From: an uncultured archaeon | Lineage (GTDB): Archaea; Aenigmatarchaeota; Aenigmatarchaeia; GW2011-AR5 | Assembly: GCA_964373695.1 (NCBI GenBank) | Contig: CAYJVT010000026.1 | Location: 1-11,014, forward strand | Direction of reading: 5' to 3' | Length of the DNA stretch: 11,014 nucleotides | Shown: piece by piece, positions 1 to 5,941 of the stretch | How the letters are laid out: every line of letters starts with the position of its first letter | Position numbering within the stretch: the first letter of the stretch is position 1 | Made by a program: the position numbers and the translations under genes | Notes under the pieces: model-generated | The model's database searches: none | What the model saw: only the letters and a program-made list of their open reading frames with translations | What the model was told of the DNA's origin: nothing

Positions 1-158
1 CAAAATCCTAGTCTTCAACGGAACCCAATGGTCAGAATCATATGATTCATCAGAAGAACAAATTACTTCTCTATCAGTCTTCAACAACAAACTCTATGCA
101 GGAACATTCCCAAGCGGCAAAATCCTAGTCTTCAACGGAACCCAATGGTCAGAATCAT
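1..158 (+). repeat. Coding tandem repeat of 117-bp period (39-aa beta-propeller blade)
   Basis: Bases 1-41 are identical to 118-158 (CAAAATCCTAGTCTTCAACGGAACCCAATGGTCAGAATCAT). GTCTTCAACAACAAACTCTATGC occurs at 77-99 and again at 218-240. Confidence 0.9.
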
Positions 159-2947
159 TGAATAAAACAACTTTTAATTCGTACATGTTTAATTCGGTAA
201 ACATTCGATCATTTGTTGTCTTCAACAACAAACTCTATGCGGGAACAAGTTCTGGTGGTAGAATACTTGTCTACGAAGAGTCTCTCGGCATACCAATAAT
301 AACATATTCATGCGTTGACCCGGCTCCTTCCAATGCCGCATTGTGCGCCGGAGACGACCAAGGCCTTTCAGGAAATGTCCAGAGGACTCTGGTTTCATCC
401 TGCACATCAGCAAAGTGCGAGTACACTTGCAATTCAGGGTTTACAAGAAGCGGCAATTCTTGCGTATCCAGCAGCAACGCTGCAGGCGCGTTGTCGATTA
501 CTACAAATTTCCCTAGCAAGGTCACCACAGCCGCGGCTTTCTTGCGCGTGAACGCCCCAGACGGCTCTTCGTGCAAGTACTCCGCTGAAACGGACTCTTA
601 TGATGTCATGAGAAGCAGGGCGTTGACAAACGCTCCATACATGTGGCTTGTCAAAGACCTGAAGAACGGTGAGAAGACGGTTTACGTAGCATGTCAAAAA
701 GGCGGAAATGAAGGAAGATTGTCTGTCAGGTTCACTGTGGAACTGCCGCAGCAGGCTTCAGTGCCAATAACCCAGAAGCCGTGCAATGAACTGACGCTGA
801 GCCAGTGCGACACCCAGTACACAAGATGCAGGAGGGTTACTGTGATAGGCACGGAGCAAATATGCGTTAACATAACTTCAGGCCAGCAGCCCGGCATTCC
901 AATAACATATTCATGCGTTGACCCGGCTCCTTCCAATGCCGCATTGTGCGCCGGAGACGACCAAGGCCTTTCAGGAAATGTCCAGAGGACTCTGGTTTCA
1001 TCCTGCACATCAGCAAAGTGCGAGTACACTTGCAATTCAGGGTTTACAAGAAGCGGCAATTCTTGCGTATCCAGCAGTGGCGCTCGGCCGCCGGAACAAA
1101 TTGCCTGTGAAGGCCGCGCGCCTTATCTTAAGGACGACGGCTCTTATATGGCAGGCATGACATGGGGCAATACTTACCGTTCAGCAGATTACACACCGAC
1201 TTCCTGGACTTACAGTGAATCAAGCGCGGTCAGTATGGGCCCGTGTACATGGAAGTGCGCCACTGGATATCAGAGGAGCGAGAGCGGTGAAACGTGTGTG
1301 CTGAAGACCACTACATCTCCTTCAGGAGATTCGTCTGGTTCGAGCTTGTCGATTACAACAGATTTCCCCAAAACTATCACCACAACCAAGGCTTTGTTGC
1401 GCGTGAACGCCCCAGCCGGCGCGTCCTGCAGGATTTCGGCTACAACTGATGTATATGACTCCATGAGAGGTGTGACGTTAACAAACTCTCCATACGTATG
1501 GCTTGCCACAGGCCTGACGGACGGCCAGAGCAAAGTATACTACGTGGCTTGCAAGGACAGGGCAGGAAATAGCGGAAAGCTGACTGTCAGCTTCGCTGTG
1601 GATTTGCCTGGTGAAGGGACCCTGTGCAGCGGCACTCCGCCTTCCGGCGACAATTACATAAGAGGCCCCTGGACTTATACCGGAACCACAGGACTTTCAT
1701 GGACATACGATGAATCCGCCACAACGTCAACTGCATGCAAATGGAAATGCGCTTCAGGTTACACAAAAAGCGGCAATTCGTGCGTCGCGGAAAGCAGCGT
1801 TGTATATGTATGCACCGGACAGATACCGCAGAACTCGCAGCTGTGTTCTGGTGACGACTCTGGATTGAGTTCGAACACGCCAATAACTTTGGTTGACTCA
1901 GACTCATGTTCGGCACCGAAATGCCAATATACATGCGTTTCCGGCTATGTCAGGAGCGGCAATTCGTGCGTTGCTGCAAGCGATAGCGGCACAGGTGGCG
2001 GAGGAGGTGAAGGCGGTGTAGTTGTTTCGGATGCCATAACGGTCAGCGAATACTCTACCATGTCCGGCAGGGTTACAGCTTCCAGCTTGGGGCTTGTGAC
2101 GGGCGGCACTGCTACGGCCGCATCTGGCACTTCCATTACCTATAGCACTTATATTGACCTTACATCTCCACAATCCGCAGATTACGAGCTGACTTATGAC
2201 AGCATGCGCGGCCGGATTTCAAGGCAGCTTAACTTCGGGTCGCTGCCTGCGGTTGCTTCAAGGAGCGCATACTTCTACAAATCAGTGGTTGAGTTTCAGG
2301 TGCCAGTGGCATTGAGCGAGATGCCGGGCATGCGGCTGAATCTGTTCGGCGCCGATTACACCGTGATAGCCGCGACGCCGACAAATATTTCATTTTTAAG
2401 GGATGCGCAGATTATCAGCGGCATAAAGCAGGGGGAAGTGAGGGAGTTCACGTTCGGCGGCCAGAAATACAGCATACATTCATCAACGATAAGGGCGTCG
2501 AGCGTTGATTCGATGCGCATCAGAAAGGAGGATGCAAGCGGCTATATGGATACATTGAGCTACTCGAGCAGTTCCGCCACGAAAGACATGGCCCAGAACA
2601 GCTTCGAAAGGTTCGGAGGCAGCGGCGGTATCGATGTCGGGCTGAAGAAAATAAATTACACATCCCTGAACAGCGCTGCGAATGACTATGAGGTCATAAT
2701 AGGGCGGAACGTAATCACGGTGGCGGAGAATTCCGAAACAAACAATCCGGGCTACTTCCTTGATGTCGAGACTGATTCCAATGGAAGGATAGCAAAGCTC
2801 GTCGTATACGTGACGAAGAGCAACGAGGGAAGGGATTACCTCATCGCCGGCGAGAAGTTCACCGATCCGTACTGGAAGAGCTTCAGGATTAAGATGGGGT
2901 CTGTCGGGGATACGCAGGCCATAATAACCGTAGAGAAAGTTGCCTGA
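2..2947 (+). CDS. Large multidomain Cys-rich cell-surface protein, 5'-partial (beta-propeller repeats, Cys-rich repeats, Ig-like modules, probable S-layer-like C-terminal domain)
   Basis: The frame of the 158..2947 ORF is open back to position 2 (KILVFNGTQWSESYDSSEEQITSLSVFNNKLYAGTFPSGKILVFNGTQWSES), so the TTG at 158 is not the real start. Modules: propeller-type blades (SLxVFNNKLYAGT..GxIL); Cys module A (C.DPAP.NA.LC.GDD.GL...C...KCEY.C.SG...SGNSCV) x3; Cys module B (C.G..P...SWTY.ES...C.WKCA.GY..S) x2; Ig-like module (LSITT.FP...LRVNAP...C..S...YD.M...L.DG...Y.AC....GN.G.L.V.F.V.LP) x2; Gly-rich linker; ~300-aa beta-rich C-terminus. Confidence 0.85.
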   Translation, partial: KILVFNGTQWSESYDSSEEQITSLSVFNNKLYAGTFPSGKILVFNGTQWSESLNKTTFNSYMFNSVNIRSFVVFNNKLYAGTSSGGRILVYEESLGIPIITYSCVDPAPSNAALCAGDDQGLSGNVQRTLVSSCTSAKCEYTCNSGFTRSGNSCVSSSNAAGALSITTNFPSKVTTAAAFLRVNAPDGSSCKYSAETDSYDVMRSRALTNAPYMWLVKDLKNGEKTVYVACQKGGNEGRLSVRFTVELPQQASVPITQKPCNELTLSQCDTQYTRCRRVTVIGTEQICVNITSGQQPGIPITYSCVDPAPSNAALCAGDDQGLSGNVQRTLVSSCTSAKCEYTCNSGFTRSGNSCVSSSGARPPEQIACEGRAPYLKDDGSYMAGMTWGNTYRSADYTPTSWTYSESSAVSMGPCTWKCATGYQRSESGETCVLKTTTSPSGDSSGSSLSITTDFPKTITTTKALLRVNAPAGASCRISATTDVYDSMRGVTLTNSPYVWLATGLTDGQSKVYYVACKDRAGNSGKLTVSFAVDLPGEGTLCSGTPPSGDNYIRGPWTYTGTTGLSWTYDESATTSTACKWKCASGYTKSGNSCVAESSVVYVCTGQIPQNSQLCSGDDSGLSSNTPITLVDSDSCSAPKCQYTCVSGYVRSGNSCVAASDSGTGGGGGEGGVVVSDAITVSEYSTMSGRVTASSLGLVTGGTATAASGTSITYSTYIDLTSPQSADYELTYDSMRGRISRQLNFGSLPAVASRSAYFYKSVVEFQVPVALSEMPGMRLNLFGADYTVIAATPTNISFLRDAQIISGIKQGEVREFTFGGQKYSIHSSTIRASSVDSMRIRKEDASGYMDTLSYSSSSATKDMAQNSFERFGGSGGIDVGLKKINYTSLNSAANDYEVIIGRNVITVAENSETNNPGYFLDVETDSNGRIAKLVVYVTKSNEGRDYLIAGEKFTDPYWKSFRIKMGSVGDTQAIITVEKVA
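298..474 (+). repeat. 177-bp exact direct repeat, copy 1 (Cys module A1)
   Basis: Identical base for base to 901-1077 (offset 603, in frame). Confidence 0.95.
901..1077 (+). repeat. 177-bp exact direct repeat, copy 2 (Cys module A2)
   Basis: Identical to 298-474. Confidence 0.95.
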
Positions 2948-2961
2948 AAACAATTCTAAGG

Positions 2962-2997
2962 ATTGATATCAATAGATGTCTATTTAAATCTTGATAT
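2962..2997 (+). promoter_or_regulatory. Putative TATA box with flanking palindromes (candidate autoregulatory operator) of the RHH gene
   Basis: Perfect palindrome ATTGATATCAAT 2962-2973; ATAGA-N2-TCTAT 2972-2983; TTTAAA 2983-2988, about 30 bp before ATG 3019; TTGATAT repeated at 2963 and 2991. Confidence 0.45.
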
Positions 2998-3018
2998 AGA
3001 TAGAATACAAGTGATATT

Positions 3019-3339
3019 ATGCAGCAGCAAAAAGAAAGCGAGCTCGTATCGGCAAGATTAAGCCCGAGGGAAATGGAAGAGATAGAAAAATTGGTAAATG
3101 AAGGATTCTACATGAATGTCGCAGATTTTGTGAGAATGTCGGTAAGGGAAAAGCTTGAATCAATAAAAGTGATAGATGTAAGAAACGTAAGCAAGGAAAA
3201 AGCACGGAATGAAATAATAAATTACATGAAAACCAACAAAAAGGCTTATCCAAGTGATATTGCCGATGGCTTGAATCTTGATTTTGACCTTGTTCTGGAA
3301 ATTGTGAAAGAGCTTGCCGGCGAGGGCAGGATAAAATGA
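3019..3339 (+). CDS. Ribbon-helix-helix (CopG/Arc/MetJ-type) regulator/antitoxin with C-terminal winged-HTH-like domain
   Basis: N-terminus VSARLSPREMEEIEKLVNEGFYMNVADFVRMSVRE fits the RHH pattern (strand, helix, G-Y-x-N/S, helix). C-terminus YPSDIADGLNLDFDLVLEIVKELAGEGRI is wHTH-like. Confidence 0.75.
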   Translation: MQQQKESELVSARLSPREMEEIEKLVNEGFYMNVADFVRMSVREKLESIKVIDVRNVSKEKARNEIINYMKTNKKAYPSDIADGLNLDFDLVLEIVKELAGEGRIK

Positions 3340-3512
3340 TTTTGAGAAACATAGGCGACGAGGTTCAGGGCGAACATATAATTTGCTTTTACAGAAAAAG
3401 AGACAGAGAGATATTATTTCCGATGACATCAGGGCACAGAGGTATTAGGCTCAAAATAAAAGGACTGCCTGCACGCGCCGTCATTGAGAAGCAAGTGGAA
3501 TTTGTAAAATAA
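3336..3512 (+). CDS. 58-aa ORF coupled to the RHH gene; possibly a degenerate RelE/ParE-like toxin remnant
   Basis: ATGA overlap with the RHH stop. Translation: MILRNIGDEVQGEHIICFYRKRDREILFPMTSGHRGIRLKIKGLPARAVIEKQVEFVK. GEHIICF...EILF..SGHRGI loosely resembles the RelE C-terminal G-x-x-R-I-I-Y...I...GHR pattern. Below the ORF-track length cutoff. Confidence 0.35.
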   Translation: MILRNIGDEVQGEHIICFYRKRDREILFPMTSGHRGIRLKIKGLPARAVIEKQVEFVK

Positions 3513-3516
3513 TCTA

Positions 3517-3910
3517 TTAAATTTTGCCGATTTTCAGATGAGGAATTTTATTGTAGTGCTCAAGATTATCAGTCAGTAAAAATGAAATTTTTTGATATCG
3601 CTGATGATGCTATCAGGATGTCAAAATCGTCTACAAGATTTCCTTTTTTCCTTAATTCATTTCTCAATTCCCCGAATTTTTTGCAGATTTTCTGGTCTAT
3701 ATATGCGACTTCGACGCCGCTTAAAAATTCCTGCAGCGCATTTTCATGCTTTTCCGTATTTTTTGAGCCAAATACGCCTTCGTAAATTTCAGCTACCGAT
3801 ATTATGCTCACGGCAAGCCCGCCTTCTGGCAGGTTTTTGATTTTTTCTACCGTTTTTTCCCTGCCTTTCAGCCAGTTTATTATCCAGTCCGTATCTATCA
3901 AATATGTCAT
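3517..3910 (-). pseudogene. vapC: VapC PIN-domain toxin with a +1 frameshift (A5 run at 3578-3582)
   Basis: PIN motifs YLIDTD, SVAEIYEG and DDFDILIASSA are present. The frame stops early at ...SKNFIFTD*. Removing one base from the A5 run restores the canonical C-terminus NFILLTDNLEHYNKIPHLKIGKI* (130 aa, stop 3517-3519). Confidence 0.85.
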
Positions 3911-4170
3911 TCAAATTCAACTTTCTTTCCTGAAATTTTTCTGCTTTCATATATTTTCTTGATGATAGAATCGGAATCCACATCCCGCCAGCCCCCGGCT
4001 GATTTGAGGAATCTGTCATTAGCGGTTTTTTCTGCAGAACTCATCAATTTTATCAGTGCTATTTCCGCAGCCTTGCTGAACGCGCCCTTTCTGTACCCAA
4101 ATCTTTTGAGAGCGTATTCCCTGAATTTCTTCTCTACATTATCAGAAACCTTTAGTTTTAATTCTCCCAT
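3907..4170 (-). CDS. vapB: VapB-type antitoxin (RHH-like N-terminus)
   Basis: 87 aa, directly upstream of vapC with an ATGA overlap at 3907-3910. The N-terminal LKLKVSDNVEKKFR...KGAFSKAAEIAL is RHH-like and the C-terminus is charged. Confidence 0.7.
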   Translation of the reverse strand: MGELKLKVSDNVEKKFREYALKRFGYRKGAFSKAAEIALIKLMSSAEKTANDRFLKSAGGWRDVDSDSIIKKIYESRKISGKKVEFE

Positions 4171-4175
4171 ATTCC

Positions 4176-4197
4176 CATAAGTTTTTAAATACTTATG
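4176..4197. promoter_or_regulatory. Inverted repeat around an AT-rich TATA-like core upstream of vapB (candidate operator)
   Basis: CATAAGT-TTTTAAAT-ACTTATG: perfect 7-bp arms with an 8-nt spacer, overlapping the fen stop codon. Confidence 0.5.
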
Positions 4198-5203
4198 ATT
4201 TAGTCCATCTTGAGAGAGAGCTCTGCTTCTTGGTGCCCAGCTTGCCTATGGCGTTTTCCACCCTCTCATGGGAGAAGTCGTGACTCTCGACAAGGATTTT
4301 CATGACCTTCGCCTCGTCCAGCGGCTTGAACTCCAGCGAGTAATCGGCTTCCTTCGGCTTCATGAAAAAGTCGAATATCTCCTGCGGCTCCGCATCGGAG
4401 TTCCACTTGACCTTTTCCAGCACAGCCTCCAGCGTCTTCTCCTGCTTCACCAGTTCCAAACTCTTTTTAGGTCCGTAACCCAGCACGCCGCCCGGATTGT
4501 AGTCCGTCCCTATCAGCATGCCGACTATTATCAGCTGTTCCCTGCTTATGCCCAGCTTATCGAGGATATTTTTCAGGTTTATCATTTCAGGATTCACGGT
4601 AATGTATTCGCTTCCGCGCTTCCTCTTCCCGCTCATTGAAAGGTTCCTTATGAGTCTTGTAGCGCCAAAAAGAAGCGTGTCATAATCCTGGGACGCAACG
4701 CTATATACATCACACTTCGTGCACATTATGCTGCACAGAGCCTCGCCCTCGTTGGGCGCCTGTACCCATGGCACTCCCATGGCGTCCAGCAAACGCTTGG
4801 ATTCCTCAACCATGTCCTGTGTCACGGTAGACGAACGCTGCGCATATTTGCGGGCGGCCTCGTAATCCTTCTTCTCGAGGGCCTTCTTCCATTCCTCCCT
4901 GGCCTCTTCCCTGACGTCGTGGCGCTTCTCGTTCGTTTCCTTCTTGAGTTCCGTGGGCTTCCCGTCAAAGACGTACACAGGCTTTATTCCGGACTCCATG
5001 AGCTTCAGCGTCCGGTAGAACAGCCCGGACAGGTGGGATGTTACGTTGCCCTTGAAGTCCTTGAGAGGCTCGCCGTCCGGCTGCCTTATTATAGAAAGGA
5101 ATTGATAGAGCCAGTTATAGGTGTCCACCGCTATTTTCTTGTCGAGAAGGGCGTCGATGGATATCTCTTCGCCTTCGACAATGTCGGTAAGCTGAATGCC
5201 CAT
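4193..5203 (-). CDS. fen: Flap endonuclease 1 (archaeal FEN-1)
   Basis: MGIQL start, IAVDTYNWLYQFL, SHLSGLFYRT, VFDGKP, EGEA, SQDYDTLLFG, GTDYN and the C-terminal PIP box KQSSLSRW are all present. Confidence 0.98.
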   Translation of the reverse strand: MGIQLTDIVEGEEISIDALLDKKIAVDTYNWLYQFLSIIRQPDGEPLKDFKGNVTSHLSGLFYRTLKLMESGIKPVYVFDGKPTELKKETNEKRHDVREEAREEWKKALEKKDYEAARKYAQRSSTVTQDMVEESKRLLDAMGVPWVQAPNEGEALCSIMCTKCDVYSVASQDYDTLLFGATRLIRNLSMSGKRKRGSEYITVNPEMINLKNILDKLGISREQLIIVGMLIGTDYNPGGVLGYGPKKSLELVKQEKTLEAVLEKVKWNSDAEPQEIFDFFMKPKEADYSLEFKPLDEAKVMKILVESHDFSHERVENAIGKLGTKKQSSLSRWTKS

Positions 5204-5223
5204 TGAAATATTATTGGACTCGA

Positions 5224-5257
5224 AATCTTTAATAATACCCGATTAAAGATTATTAAA
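5224..5257. promoter_or_regulatory. Nested inverted repeats in the fen promoter region
   Basis: AATCTTTAAT (5224-5233) and ATTAAAGATT (5242-5251) are perfect 10-bp arms with an 8-nt spacer. TTTAATAAT (5228-5236) and ATTATTAAA (5249-5257) form a second pair. The minus-strand TATA-like TATTAAAG lies about 26-33 bp upstream of the fen ATG. Confidence 0.5.
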
Positions 5258-5457
5258 ATGGCAAAATTACAGTCTGTCAAACGATTTGCCAGCAGGCATG
5301 CGGGCTGTCGGACCCTGACTGCTGCCTCTCTGGAAACAGATGCTGGGTCAAGGCAGGCAGTTCGTATGGCTGCTTCAATGACGGCAGCATAAATCCTTAC
5401 AATCCGGAGCAGATATGTAATACGCAGAACCTGAAGACAAGCTGGACGCTCAGATAA
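5257..5457 (+). pseudogene. Start-less 66-codon Cys-rich coding fragment (8 Cys), surface-protein-like
   Basis: Open frame NGKITVCQTICQQACGLSDPDCCLSGNRCWVKAGSSYGCFNDGSINPYNPEQICNTQNLKTSWTLR*, preceded by in-frame TAA at 5254-5256. The ATG at 5258 is out of frame by one base at the A4 run 5263-5266. Confidence 0.55.
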
Positions 5458-5704
5458 GCGCGGCGTCCCCGGCTTCCACCGAGCCAACGCCCTTTATGCG
5501 GCGTATCTTTTCCTCTATGATGTCGGTGTTGGCTCCCTGCCTGTCGTCAAAAATGAATATGGCATCGAGCATCTCCAGTCCGAAGCCAATGGATTTTTTC
5601 TCTATGTTGTTGGCGCCAAGCTCCTTCACGGCGTTCTTTATGGCATCGATGTCGGAATCAGGACCTTCAGGCATTATCTTGATGTTTACGGCGACTTCTC
5701 CCAT
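5450..5704 (-). CDS. ef1b: Archaeal translation elongation factor 1-beta
   Basis: 84 aa; MGEVAVNIKIMPEGPDSD start, the IGFGL motif and the IEEKI..IKGV.SVE C-terminus are typical of aEF-1beta. Confidence 0.95.
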   Translation of the reverse strand: MGEVAVNIKIMPEGPDSDIDAIKNAVKELGANNIEKKSIGFGLEMLDAIFIFDDRQGANTDIIEEKIRRIKGVGSVEAGDAALI

Positions 5705-5863
5705 TCAGGGTCCCTCGAAGCCGCATTCAGGGCATGTATAAACGGTGCTTTTCAGCCTGCATATCTTGCATCTCACTATCGTTTCCTTTGAGCACGAGGA
5801 ACATGTAAACTTCGTGAAATTGTCCTCTGATATCAGGACCGTATGGCATGATGTGCACTTCAT
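5705..5863 (-). CDS. Small Zn-ribbon protein (DUF1610 / HVO_2753-like) upstream of ef1b
   Basis: 52 aa, MKCTSCHTVLISEDNFTKFTCSSCSKETIVRCKICRLKSTVYTCPECGFEGP, with four CxxC motifs and the CPxCGFEGP end. Its TGA abuts the ef1b ATG, the conserved archaeal arrangement. GGTG SD-like motif upstream. Missing from the ORF track (<60 aa). Confidence 0.93.
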   Translation of the reverse strand: MKCTSCHTVLISEDNFTKFTCSSCSKETIVRCKICRLKSTVYTCPECGFEGP

Positions 5864-5882
5864 TTCAACACCTTATGTTTCT

Positions 5883-5914
5883 TATATAAAAACGCTTATA
5901 AATCTAAATTTAAG
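5883..5914. promoter_or_regulatory. AT-rich divergent promoter region (Zn-ribbon/ef1b operon versus tRNA-Arg)
   Basis: TATATAAA 5883-5890, purine-rich AAAAACG followed by CTTATAAA 5895-5902, and TTTAAG 5909-5914 about 30 bp before the tRNA 5' end. Confidence 0.45.
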
Positions 5915-5941
5915 AGATTCTTGGAGAACAGACTATTCAGA

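Noticed and set aside
158-160. TTG at 158 as the start of the surface protein
   Set aside because: The frame is open to the window edge and the upstream codons encode the same propeller repeats, so the gene is 5'-truncated by the window.
1-240. CRISPR array from the 41-bp and 23-bp direct repeats
   Set aside because: The repeats are in-frame coding units of a propeller, the 'spacers' are themselves homologous, and no cas genes are present.
298-1077. Diversity-generating retroelement TR/VR pair
   Set aside because: The copies are 100% identical with no adenine-specific mismatches, both lie inside the ORF, and there is no reverse transcriptase in the window.
5259-5425. Structured ncRNA (SRP, RNase P, riboswitch or HDV-like ribozyme), suggested by stems TGGCAAA/TTTGCCA, TCTG-GAAA-CAGA, GACCC/GGGTC and GCTGC/GCAGC
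   Set aside because: No SRP helix-8, RNase P CR-I/CR-V, TPP or HDV core motifs were found on either strand. Cys/Ala codons (TGC/GCA) create such complementarity incidentally. An Rfam/Infernal scan would settle it.
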